From an uncultured Gemmatimonadaceae bacterium (lineage in GTDB: Bacteria > Gemmatimonadota > Gemmatimonadetes > Gemmatimonadales > Gemmatimonadaceae), in contig CAWBOC010000005.1 in assembly GCA_963790305.1 (NCBI GenBank), forward strand, positions 96,001-160,000: DNA of 64,000 nucleotides. Direction: 5' to 3'. Within the stretch, counting starts at the first letter, position 1. Every line of letters starts with the position of its first letter. The translations under genes and the position numbers were made by a program. This document shows, one piece after another, positions 9,566 to 19,158 of this stretch. Below the pieces are notes generated by a model, which saw nothing but the letters and a program-made list of their open reading frames with translations, was not told the DNA's origin and ran no database searches.

Positions 9566-12457
9566 ATGCACGCGTCCCGCTGCGCCGCGCTCCTGCTCGC
9601 GGCCGTTCTCGTCGCCCCAATCGGTGCACAGCAAGCGCACGACGCCGAGTACACGGCGAAGATTCGAGAGCTTACGCCGACCGACGTGAAGTGGAAGTTC
9701 ACCACCGAGCTCGTCGACCACCTCCCGGCATCGGCGACGGTACCGTCCCCACTCAAGGTCCTCGGCTACGTTCCCGGCACTCCCGGGCGTCTGTCATACG
9801 TCGCCGACATCAATCGCTACTTCCGTGCACTCGACGCGGCGTCGCCTCGCGTGTCGCTCGTCTCACTCGGCACGAGCGACGAAGGGCGCGAGATGCTCCT
9901 CGCGGTCATCGCCGACGAGGCGACCATGTCGCGCCTCGAGGAGTATCGGACGATGCTCGGTCGCATCGCGGATCCCCGCGGCCTGACGGCGGAGGAGAAG
10001 ACGCGCCTGCTCGGCAGCGCGAAGCCCATCTACTGGCTCACCGGATCGATCCACTCTCCGGAGATCGGCAGTCCGGAGATGCTGATGGAGCTCGCGTATC
10101 GGCTGGCCGTCGACGAGTCGGAGTTCGTGAAGACGATCCGTTCCGGCGTCATCACCCTGATCACACCGGTGACGGAGGTCGACGGACGCGACCGCATGGT
10201 GGACGTCAACAAGCTCACGCGGCAGCTCAAGCTCGGGCCGCAGGGCGTGTCGCTCATCTACTGGGGGAAGTACACCGCACACGACAACAACCGTGACGGC
10301 ATGGTGCTCTCCCAGAAGCTCACGCAGAACGTGATGAAAGGATTCCTGCACTGGAAGCCGGTCGTTTTTCACGATCTGCACGAGTCGGTGCCGTTCCTGT
10401 ACACGAGCACTGGCACCGGTCCGTACAACGACGAGTTCGACCCGATCGTGATTCAGGAATGGCACACCCTGGCGTACCAGGAGATCACCGAGCTCACGCG
10501 GCGCGGGCTACCCGGCGTGTGGACACACGGCTTCTACGACGGGTGGGCGCCTAACTACATGCTGGCGATCGGCAACCTCCACAACAGCATCGGTCGTTTC
10601 TACGAGACGTACACATCGACCGGCACCGATTGTCAGACGGTGAAGCTTCCGGCGACGCAGACGGAGCGCCGCTGGGACCGCCCGAACCCGCCCGTGAACG
10701 GCGTGAAGTGGTGCATGCGCAGCAACATCAACTACCAGCAGTCGGGTGTGATGATCGCGCTCAAGTACGTCGCCGACCACTCGCGCACCTTCCTCGACAA
10801 CTATCTCGCGAAAGCCGATCGGATGGTGCGGAAGGGGCAGACGTCGGCACCGTACGCGTTCGTGATTCCGCGCGACCAGCGTCGCGTCGCGGAAGCGGCC
10901 GATCTCGTGAATCTGTTCCGGGCCCACGGGGCGGAAGTGCACGTCGCCGACGGAGACTTCGAGATCAAGGGGGCAGGAGTCAGGAGTCAGGGATCAGGGG
11001 GGGCCGGGGCACGAGGGGATAGCGCAGGTGCTGCGCGCCCCGTGTCACCTGACTCCGCAACGCGCCCCCTGGTTCCTGACTCCCGACCCCTGACCCCTAC
11101 GACAGTCAAACGCGGCGACTGGATCGTGCGCCTGGATCAGCCGTATACGGCGACCGTCCGTACGCTGCTCGCCGTCCAGAAGTACAAGGCCGACGATCCG
11201 CCGCCGTACGACGACACCGGCTGGACCCTCGACGAGCTGCGGCACGTCGTGACGTACAAGATCAGCGACTCGACCGTCCTCGCGAAACCGATGACCTTGA
11301 TGACGGCCGACGCCAAGGTCGAAGGAAGCCTGTCCGGAGACGGTGGTGTCGTGCTCGTCGAGCACCTGGGCGACTGGCGCTCGGCGGTGCTTCCCTGGAA
11401 GGTGGGAGGAACGCGCGTGCGTGCAGCCGAGGTGGCGTTTACCGCGGCAGGGCGCACGTGGCCGGCGGGCACGTACCTCGTTCCCGCCGACGGGCGCGCG
11501 CGCACCGCGGTCCGTGACCTCGGCCTAACGGCTGTCGCGGTCGCCAGCGCACCCACCGTTCGTACGCACGACGTCAAGCCGCCACGCGTGGCGCTCGTGC
11601 ACTCCTGGCTCGAGACGCAGAACGAAGGGTGGGTGCGCTACGCCTTCGACCAGCTCGGTGTGCCCTATACGTACATCTCTGATCAGTCTCTCGCGGCATC
11701 CGGCCGTCTCGACGCCTTCGATGTCCTGGTCTTCCCGCACGTGAATGGCTCGGCGCAGGCGCTGATCAACGGTCGCCCAATGACAGGGCCGCCGATTCCG
11801 TGGAAGAAGACGGCGCTCACGCCGAACCTCGACAAGTGGGACACGACCGACGACATCCGCCGTGGCATGGGGCTGGACGGAGCGGCAGCGTTGCGACGCT
11901 TCGTGGAGCGCGGCGGCGTTCTCATCACGACCGGCAATACGTCGCGTCTTCCGATCACGTTAGGCTTCAATCCGACGGTCAGTGAAGCGGAGGCCCGAAC
12001 GCTGCGTGCTCGCGGCGCGATCTTCCGTGCGAAGGGCGACACGACGGGAAGTCCCATTCTGTACGGCTACGAGCGCTCGACGTTCCCGGTGTATTTCAAC
12101 CAATCGCCCCTCCTCTCGGTGCAGCCGCCCGACACGACTGGACGTCTCGATGCGGTCGATCCTGCCATCATCGCCGACATCGAGCGCCAGCGCGGACGCA
12201 TCGTGCTGCGATTCCACGACAAGGCCGATTCATTGCTCGTGTCCGGACTGCTCGTGAACGGTGGTGAGATGACGGGCAAGGCGGCGGTGGTCGATGCACC
12301 GGTCGGACGGGGTCATGTCGTGCTCTTCGGCATCCGTCCAATGTGGCGTTGGCAGTCCCAGGGCACGTTCGCGATGCTGCTGAATGCAATGGTGCACTGG
12401 GATCATCTGGGCACGATCACAAGGGTAGAGAAGCCAACGGTGGCGGCAGGGCAATGA
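9566..12457 (+). CDS. Secreted M14-family zinc carboxypeptidase-like protein
   Basis: Signal peptide; GSIHSPE (HxxE), DNNRD and HDLHE; C-terminal GATase-like region. Confidence 0.85.
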   Translation: MHASRCAALLLAAVLVAPIGAQQAHDAEYTAKIRELTPTDVKWKFTTELVDHLPASATVPSPLKVLGYVPGTPGRLSYVADINRYFRALDAASPRVSLVSLGTSDEGREMLLAVIADEATMSRLEEYRTMLGRIADPRGLTAEEKTRLLGSAKPIYWLTGSIHSPEIGSPEMLMELAYRLAVDESEFVKTIRSGVITLITPVTEVDGRDRMVDVNKLTRQLKLGPQGVSLIYWGKYTAHDNNRDGMVLSQKLTQNVMKGFLHWKPVVFHDLHESVPFLYTSTGTGPYNDEFDPIVIQEWHTLAYQEITELTRRGLPGVWTHGFYDGWAPNYMLAIGNLHNSIGRFYETYTSTGTDCQTVKLPATQTERRWDRPNPPVNGVKWCMRSNINYQQSGVMIALKYVADHSRTFLDNYLAKADRMVRKGQTSAPYAFVIPRDQRRVAEAADLVNLFRAHGAEVHVADGDFEIKGAGVRSQGSGGAGARGDSAGAARPVSPDSATRPLVPDSRPLTPTTVKRGDWIVRLDQPYTATVRTLLAVQKYKADDPPPYDDTGWTLDELRHVVTYKISDSTVLAKPMTLMTADAKVEGSLSGDGGVVLVEHLGDWRSAVLPWKVGGTRVRAAEVAFTAAGRTWPAGTYLVPADGRARTAVRDLGLTAVAVASAPTVRTHDVKPPRVALVHSWLETQNEGWVRYAFDQLGVPYTYISDQSLAASGRLDAFDVLVFPHVNGSAQALINGRPMTGPPIPWKKTALTPNLDKWDTTDDIRRGMGLDGAAALRRFVERGGVLITTGNTSRLPITLGFNPTVSEAEARTLRARGAIFRAKGDTTGSPILYGYERSTFPVYFNQSPLLSVQPPDTTGRLDAVDPAIIADIERQRGRIVLRFHDKADSLLVSGLLVNGGEMTGKAAVVDAPVGRGHVVLFGIRPMWRWQSQGTFAMLLNAMVHWDHLGTITRVEKPTVAAGQ
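10972..11098. repeat. Family C palindromic element located in-frame inside the M14 peptidase
   Basis: CAGGAGTCAGGAGTCAGGGATCAGGGG ... CCTGACTCC...TCCTGACTCCCGACCCCTGACCCCT, translating as GAGVRSQGSGG...VPDSRPLTP. Confidence 0.8.
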
Positions 12458-12502
12458 GATCAACGTCCGCGGACGTTGATCTTCCACATCATGGAGCTCC
12501 GA

Positions 12503-13948
12503 ATGCGCATATATCTCAGTTCTGTTCTGATCCTGGCATCAGGCTCCGCGCTCGGTCAGACGCGCCCGACTCTCTTTGACGACGCCGTTCGCGCCATGGG
12601 TGGCGAGGCCGCCATTCGCGCCGCGACGTCGCTCACCATCGAGGCCACCGGGCGCAACTACAACTTCGGCCAGGGGATGTCGCCGGGCGTCCCGCTTCCG
12701 CGATTCGATGTGAGCGAGCTGCGTCGGTCAACCGATCTCACCGGCGTGCGCCATCGTCATGAGGTCACCCGCACGGCGGCGTTCACGACGGCGGTGACGA
12801 CCCCCCAGCGGATCGTCTTCGGCCTCGATGGGGACATCGCGTACGCCGTGGCACCTAACGGCAACGCGACTCGCAATGTCGCGGCGGCGGTGGCGCCACG
12901 GCGCCACGAGCACTACCACCACCCGCTTGTGCTCGTGCGGGCTGCGCTCGAGCCCGGGGCGGAAATACGGGCAGCGGGCACGCAAGCTGGCAGCCATGTG
13001 CTCCGCATCAAGCTCAGTCCGACGGACAGCTTCCAGCTTTGGCTCGACCGCCAGACGCACCTGCCATCCCGCATCCGCTCGGTTCGATACGACGTCAACC
13101 TTGGCGACGCCCTCTACGAGACACGGTTCGAGAATTGGGCCCCCAGCGGATCGCTCCAGCTCCCGACGCGGATGGCGAGCACCTTGGCCGGCGCCGTGGT
13201 CGCGGAGTATGAAGGCGCGCGCAATGTCGTCGCGACCGAGGCCACCGACCTGGCGGCGCCTGAAGCAGCCCGGGCCGCCGCGCCGACACCGCCGGTGAAC
13301 GTCACGTCGGAAGAGCTCGCCCCCGGCGTCTGGTACCTCGCCGGCGGGTCGCACCATAGCGTACTCGTCGAGTTCGATCAGTACCTCATGCTCATCGAGA
13401 CTCCGCAGAACGACGCGCGCACCCTTGCCGTCATCGCCAAGGCGCGCGAGCTGCGGCCGGACAAGCCGCTCCGCTACGGGGTGAACACGCATCATCACCA
13501 CGATCACTCCGGTGGCGTGCGCGCGGCGATCTCGGAAGGACTCACCATCCTCACGCATTCGGGGAACGTGGCGTTCTTCCGTGATGTCGCCCGTCGGCCG
13601 CATACCCTTCAGCCGGATGCGCTCGCGCGCTCCCCGAAAGCGCCCACCATCGTTCCGGTCGGCGAAAAGCGCGTGTTCCAGGATCGCTCCCGCACCGTCG
13701 AGCTCTACCACCTTCGCGGCAACCCGCACACCTCGACGATGATCGTTGCGTATCTGCCGACGGAGCGCCTGCTGGTGCAGGCCGACGCCTACAACCCGCC
13801 CGCGCCTAACGCCCCGCCGCCACCGTCGTTCCCCTTCGCGAAGAACCTGGTCGAGAACGTCGAGCGCCTGGGTCTGCGTGTCGACCGAGTCGCGGCGCTG
13901 CATGGGAGGGTGGTGCCGTTCTCGGAGATCAGGGAGGCGGCTCAGTAA
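12503..13948 (+). CDS. Secreted MBL-fold metallo-hydrolase with an N-terminal beta-rich domain
   Basis: NTHHHHDHSGG (HxHxDH), PHT and ALHG motifs; signal peptide; GGAG before ATG 12503. Confidence 0.85.
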   Translation: MRIYLSSVLILASGSALGQTRPTLFDDAVRAMGGEAAIRAATSLTIEATGRNYNFGQGMSPGVPLPRFDVSELRRSTDLTGVRHRHEVTRTAAFTTAVTTPQRIVFGLDGDIAYAVAPNGNATRNVAAAVAPRRHEHYHHPLVLVRAALEPGAEIRAAGTQAGSHVLRIKLSPTDSFQLWLDRQTHLPSRIRSVRYDVNLGDALYETRFENWAPSGSLQLPTRMASTLAGAVVAEYEGARNVVATEATDLAAPEAARAAAPTPPVNVTSEELAPGVWYLAGGSHHSVLVEFDQYLMLIETPQNDARTLAVIAKARELRPDKPLRYGVNTHHHHDHSGGVRAAISEGLTILTHSGNVAFFRDVARRPHTLQPDALARSPKAPTIVPVGEKRVFQDRSRTVELYHLRGNPHTSTMIVAYLPTERLLVQADAYNPPAPNAPPPPSFPFAKNLVENVERLGLRVDRVAALHGRVVPFSEIREAAQ

Positions 13949-14044
13949 GAGGTGGTCGAGGTCGTCGAGGATGTCCAGGTGATCGAGGGAACGTCGTCGC
14001 CTCTCCTCGATCACCTCGCCGTCCTGGACGACCTCGACCACCTC
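13949..14044. repeat. Palindromic element, family B; overlaps the 3' end of the TPR gene
   Basis: GAGGTGGTCGAGGTCGTCGAGGATGTCCAGGTGATCGAGG ... CCTCGATCACCTCGCCGTCCTGGACGACCTCGACCACCTC. Confidence 0.85.
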
Positions 14045-14964
14045 CGCAGTTCGGCCTCCGCCGCGATCGCCCCGAACGGCGCCCAGTTTCCCGTCGCCAC
14101 GATTCGCTGAAAAATCGCTTCGGCACGCACACGGTCGCCGGTGTAGAGATACCAGTTCCCAACCCCGTATGCGGTCGTGACGTCATCGAGCGCGGCGCTC
14201 GATGACGCCGAGAGCAGCGAATCGGCCGATAGCTCGCCCTTGTACATCAGAAGCAGGCGGTGGTAGGCGCCATTCTCAATGACATCGAGGTCGGCGCGGA
14301 TCGGCTCGAGGACGCGCGCGGCTTCCGCGTCGCGACCGAGACGACGGAGCGTCATGTACAACCAATGCGACGTCGCCACGAGCATGTCGGGATTCTTCGA
14401 GACTTCCATGCAGGCGCGATAGGCATTCAGCGCGCGCTCGAAATCGCCCTTGAGGTAATGAGCGAGCCCCAGATGGTACCAGATGTTCGACTGGAGCGTG
14501 CTCGTCGGCGTGTTGCGCGCATTGGGAATGCCGTCGGGCTCGATCTCGTCGGCGCGACCGGACGTGAGCGACGCCGCGCGCTCGAGATCGACGATCGCGC
14601 GATCGAAATCCCGGATCGTGATGTAGCGATGCCCGCGATGCCGGTAGAAGCGAGCATCACGCGGATGCCTCTCAATGCCCCGCGTGTAGATCCCGATCGC
14701 TTCACGAAAGCGGCCGAGATACGCGGTGCGTCGCCCAAACCAGATCAGCGCATCGGCGTCCCCGGGAGCGGCGTAGCTTTGCTGCCGCGCTTCGGCCAAG
14801 GCTTCCTCGTAGCGACGTCTCGTATCTTCCGGCAACGCGGGACGCGCCAGCGGTCGCCCCAGCAGGGACGTGGCCTCCACCTCGCCGCCCTGCGCTGCGG
14901 GCTGCGGCGCGGGGTCCGAACGGCAGGAGGCGAAAAGCAGGAGTGCAGCAGCGAATCGTCGCAT
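14011..14964 (-). CDS. TPR-repeat lipoprotein
   Basis: Lipobox FASC; TPRs such as YRHRGHRYITIRDFDRAIVDLERA and IWYHLGLAHYLKGDFERALNAY. Confidence 0.85.
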   Translation of the reverse strand: MRRFAAALLLFASCRSDPAPQPAAQGGEVEATSLLGRPLARPALPEDTRRRYEEALAEARQQSYAAPGDADALIWFGRRTAYLGRFREAIGIYTRGIERHPRDARFYRHRGHRYITIRDFDRAIVDLERAASLTSGRADEIEPDGIPNARNTPTSTLQSNIWYHLGLAHYLKGDFERALNAYRACMEVSKNPDMLVATSHWLYMTLRRLGRDAEAARVLEPIRADLDVIENGAYHRLLLMYKGELSADSLLSASSSAALDDVTTAYGVGNWYLYTGDRVRAEAIFQRIVATGNWAPFGAIAAEAELRRWSRSSRTAR

Positions 14965-15067
14965 GGTTTCTTCGTCCGAAGGTGTTCAGCTTCGAGCTGC
15001 CGGGACCACGGGGCTCCAACTTCCGGACCCCTGACCACTAGCTCCTCGGTCTCTTATCGTATCAAAC

Positions 15068-15733
15068 ATGCTCATCGGCGTGGCGGGAATGGTGGGGGCG
15101 GGCAAGACGACGCTGACGCGAGCGCTTGCAGCGCGATTCGGGCTCCAGCTCGCGCTCGAGAGCGTTGACGAGGACAACCCGTGGCTCGAGCTGTTCTACC
15201 GCGACACCGACAGCCGCCGGGCGTATTCCCTCGAGTTGCAGCTCCACTTTCTTGCCACCCGCTTCGCGGCGATGCGCCGCATGCGCGCGCAGGGCGGAAG
15301 CTGGATTCTCGACCGCACCTGGTACGAGGACGCCGAGGTGTTCGCCCACGGATTGTACGAGCGCGGACTCCTGTCGCGCATCGAGCACGATCTCTACATG
15401 CGACTGTACGTAGAGCTCCTCCATTCCCCCGCCGCTCGACCACCGAAGCTGCTCATCTATCTTCACGGCCCGCTCGACGTACTACTCGGCCGCATCCGCA
15501 CACGCGGCCGCCCGTCGGAACGCGAGACTGAACCCGAATACTGGGCCCACCTGCACGAGCGATACGAGCGGTGGATCGGCAACTTCCGCCACTGCCCCGT
15601 GCTCGGCGTCAATGTGCGCGATTACGACGTCGTGGCCGATCCGGCGGCGCTCGACGCGATCGTTCACCGCATCCGAAAACACCTCGAGCCAGCGATCCCG
15701 CAACACGAATTCTGGGAAGCGGTCTCCGGCTAG
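15068..15733 (+). CDS. Deoxynucleoside kinase (dNK family)
   Basis: GMVGAGKTT P-loop, LQLHFL, DRTWYED and RIRTRGRPSE lid. Confidence 0.92.
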   Translation: MLIGVAGMVGAGKTTLTRALAARFGLQLALESVDEDNPWLELFYRDTDSRRAYSLELQLHFLATRFAAMRRMRAQGGSWILDRTWYEDAEVFAHGLYERGLLSRIEHDLYMRLYVELLHSPAARPPKLLIYLHGPLDVLLGRIRTRGRPSERETEPEYWAHLHERYERWIGNFRHCPVLGVNVRDYDVVADPAALDAIVHRIRKHLEPAIPQHEFWEAVSG

Positions 15734-15746
15734 TCGCGCAGCGCGA

Positions 15747-15971
15747 TCAGCTCGGGCGTCGCCCGCGTCTTCCCGCCACCACCAGCGCGATTCCCGCCAC
15801 CAGAGCCACGCCGCCGAGCACCGGGCTGATGGTCCCTCTTTCTTCGACCGTCGCGCCGATCGGTCCCACCCGCACCGTCTCGCTCCGCTTCGTGTAGCTG
15901 ATCCCTTCGAACGCGAGCACGACCGCGCCGAGGATGACGAGCAGGATTCCGACGAGAGTTGCGATGTTCAT
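15747..15971 (-). CDS. Small two-TM membrane protein (DUF3185-like)
   Basis: MNIATLVGILLVILGAVVLAFEGISYT...VGPI...GGVALVAGIALVVAG. Confidence 0.75.
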   Translation of the reverse strand: MNIATLVGILLVILGAVVLAFEGISYTKRSETVRVGPIGATVEERGTISPVLGGVALVAGIALVVAGRRGRRPS

Positions 15972-16007
15972 GGGCAGAGAGCTCCGATGAAGAGTGGGCC
16001 TGGACGC

Positions 16008-16140
16008 CGAATGCGGAACGCGGAATGCGGAATCTGCGATAGACCATCCATTAAGCGGGGTCTTGTCTAATTCCGCATTCCGCATTCCGCATTGATGGTG
16101 GGCGTCCTATTTGCAATCCGCAATCCGCAATCCGCAATCG
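16008..16140. repeat. Palindromic element, family A
   Basis: (AATGCGG)n left arm; (ATTCCGC)n and (AATCCGC)n right arms. Confidence 0.8.
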
Positions 16141-16147
16141 CCCTCTC

Positions 16148-16951
16148 GTGTCTCTTCGTTCAATCTCGCTCCGCCGCCGCGGCTCCATGCCGGCGGGATT
16201 CCCCTTCGACGTTCCCGTCGTGCGCTCGCTCGAGACGCTCGAGCTGAGCACGGGAGTCACCTTCTTCGTCGGCGAGAACGGATCGGGGAAATCCACGCTG
16301 CTCGAGGCACTCGCGCTTGCGGCCGAGCTGCCGACGGTCGGCAGTGATGAGACGCGCCAGGACGCAACGCTCGATGCGCAGCGCGCGCTCGCCAAACACC
16401 TCACCCTGTCGTGGACCACTCGCTCGAAGCGCGGGTTCTTCCTTCGCGCGGAGGATTTCTTCGGCTATGCGAAACGTCTATCTCGCATGAAGGCCGAGAT
16501 GCGAGAGCGCATCGCGGAGATCGAGCGCGAGTACGAGGGCCGCTCCGAGTACGCGCGGGGGCTCGCCATGGGGCCGGCGTACGCGTCACTCGCCGCCATC
16601 GAGGGGCAATATGGCGGCGACCTCGATGGCCGTTCACACGGCCAGAGCTTCCTCACGCTTTTTCAGGCGCGGTTTGTGCCAGGGGGACTGCACCTGCTCG
16701 ACGAGCCGGAGGCTCCGCTGTCGCCGCAGTCCCAACTCGCGCTCATGGCGCTCATGCAGGACATGACCGCCGAGGGCGGCCAATTCGTCATCGCAACGCA
16801 CTCGCCCATTCTCCTCGCCTTCCCTGCCGCAACGATCTACACCTTCGACCGCACCCCACCGGAGCAAGTCGGGTTCGAGGACCTCGAGCACGTGAATCTC
16901 ACGCGAGCGTTCCTGAACAATCCGGAGTCGTTTCTACGGCGCCTCACCTGA
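16148..16951 (+). CDS. Orphan ABC/AAA-type ATPase (COG3910-like)
   Basis: GENGSGKS Walker A, SHGQ signature, LLDEPE Walker B and IATHSP. Confidence 0.85.
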   Translation: MSLRSISLRRRGSMPAGFPFDVPVVRSLETLELSTGVTFFVGENGSGKSTLLEALALAAELPTVGSDETRQDATLDAQRALAKHLTLSWTTRSKRGFFLRAEDFFGYAKRLSRMKAEMRERIAEIEREYEGRSEYARGLAMGPAYASLAAIEGQYGGDLDGRSHGQSFLTLFQARFVPGGLHLLDEPEAPLSPQSQLALMALMQDMTAEGGQFVIATHSPILLAFPAATIYTFDRTPPEQVGFEDLEHVNLTRAFLNNPESFLRRLT

Positions 16952-17077
16952 GGCGCTGACGCTGCACCGTTTTGCACCGTAGCTCGAAGTCTTCCAGCAG
17001 GTTGCGGCTTCATGACCCCGCTCGTCTTTTCTCGGGTCGCGCCGCGACCCATGAGCGCCCCCGCCCTACGACGCAGT

Positions 17078-19151
17078 ATGGCCGACTTCATCACCGCGGT
17101 CTACATCTCGTTCATCATCCAGGCCGGTGGCGCGCTCCTCACGGCCGCGGTGTTTCGTAGTTTTCAACGGTACTACCAGAAGGCGTATCTCACGCACCTC
17201 CAGTGGAGCTGGCTCGCCCTCAGCGTCCACCTGCTTGCCGGCGCGGTCGGGCTCTATCTGTCGAGCACTTTCGACGCGACGCACCCATTTCGTCTCCTCG
17301 TCAACATCATCGCCGGGATCGCGGGATTCACGCAGATCCCGCTCGTGCTTTTTGGGACCTATGAGCTGACGACCGGGCGCTCGATCTCTGCCCGTTTTGT
17401 GAAGCGCGCCCTGCTCGCCGCCGCGACGACGGGCCTCGTTACCGCGATCGTGTTCGTCTGGAAGGAAGATGCCGGCTTCGCGCGATTCCTCGCGCGCGTC
17501 GGGCTGCGCGCGATTCTCTCCGGCACAGGGTTCCTCGCGGCCGCGTTCGGGATCTGGCGCGTGCGCGCGACCGTACAGGGACTGGGCCCGCGGATGGTGA
17601 GCGGCGCCTTTTTTGTTTACGGACTTCTCCAGCTGCACTACCTCGGCGTCGCGATCTACGAATCGATCTCACAGAACTACCCGGCCTACGTCTCGTACAC
17701 CGGCTTCCTCGACATCCTGATGTACTTCCTGATGGCGCTCGGCACCGTCATCTCGGCTGCTCGAGAACGAGCAGAAGACCGCGATGCAGGCCGCCGCGCA
17801 GATCGAGCATCTCGCCTATCACGACACGCTCACTGGCCTGCCCAACCGACAGCTCTTTCTCGACCGGCTCAATCTCGCCATCTCGCACGCGCACCGGTCG
17901 CAGCGCCGGCTGGCCGTATTCTTTCTCGATCTCGATCGCTTCAAGGTCATCAACGATTCGCTCGGCCACGCGATCGGCGATCGTCTGCTGCAATCGATCT
18001 CACGTCGCCTCACCGGACTCCTGCGCGAAGGCGACACGGTCACGCGCATCGGAGGCGACGAGTTCACGATCCTCGTTCCGCATCTCCAGCACTCCGACGA
18101 CGCCATCGTCGTCGCGCGTAAAGTGCGTGACGCGCTGAAGCATCCGATCGAGATCGATGGCCGCGAGCTCTACGTCTCGACGAGTATCGGCATCTCGCTC
18201 TACCCGAACGACGGCGAGGACGCCAACGCGCTGCTGCGCAACGCCGACGCCGCCATGTACCGCGCCAAGGCACAGGGCCGCGACACCTTCCGGCTGTACG
18301 CGCCGGCGATGAACGCGAAAGCGCTCGAGCAGCTCGCGCTCGAGAACGGGCTGCGCAAGGCGATCGCGAATGGCGAGCTCATCATGCACTACCAGCCGAT
18401 CGTCAGCTTCGCGACCAGCCGCGTCGTCGGCGTCGAGGCGCTGATTCGGTGGAATCACCCCGAGCTTGGACTGCTCTATCCGGCGGACTTCATCTCGCTC
18501 GCCGAAGCGACGGGACTCATTGGACCGCTCGGGGAATGGTCGCTCAAGGAGGCATGCACGCAGGTGAAGGAGCTGCGCGAGCGCGGCCTCTCCAACCTGC
18601 ACGCGGCCTGCAACCTGTCGGTGCGACAGATCCAGCAGCTCGACTTCGTCGAGATGATCTCATCGATCCTTCACGACACCGGCCTGCCGGCAGAGGCGCT
18701 GGATCTGGAGATCACCGAGAGCATCGCGATGCAGAGCGACGACGACACCATCGAGAAGCTGCGCGCGGTGAAGCGCCTCGGCGTGAGAATCTCGATCGAC
18801 GACTTCGGCACCGGCTACTCGTCGCTCAGCGCCCTCCGTCTCTTCCCGGTGGATTCGCTCAAGATCGATCAGTCCTTCGTGCACGACATCACCGCGACCT
18901 CGGGCGACGCCGCGATCGCCACCGCCGTCATCGCCATGGCGCACTCACTCGACCTGACCGTGATCGCGGAGGGTGTGGAGACCGAGGGCCAGCTGGCGTT
19001 CCTGCGCGGCCGCGGTTGTAACGCGTACCAGGGCTACTACGTGAGTCACCCGCTGACGGCAGAGGAGTGCGAGGCGGTGATCCGGGCTCATGATGGGATG
19101 CCGATCGGGGTCAAGAAGAGAAAGACGGGCCGCATAGCGAAAGCAGGTTAG
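17078..19151 (+). CDS. Membrane-sensor GGDEF-EAL protein, +1 frameshift near 17755
   Basis: About 7 TM helices in the first frame; YHDTLTGLPNR, GGDEF, EALIRW and DDFGTGYSS in the second. Removing one G from TCTCGGCTG joins them as VIS-LLENEQKTAMQ. Confidence 0.88.
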
Positions 19152-19158
19152 GGAAAAC

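Noticed and set aside
16148..16951. Orphan ATPase as part of an anti-phage defence system
   Set aside because: No adjacent nuclease, TOPRIM or other effector gene; it resembles the widespread stand-alone COG3910-type ATPase.
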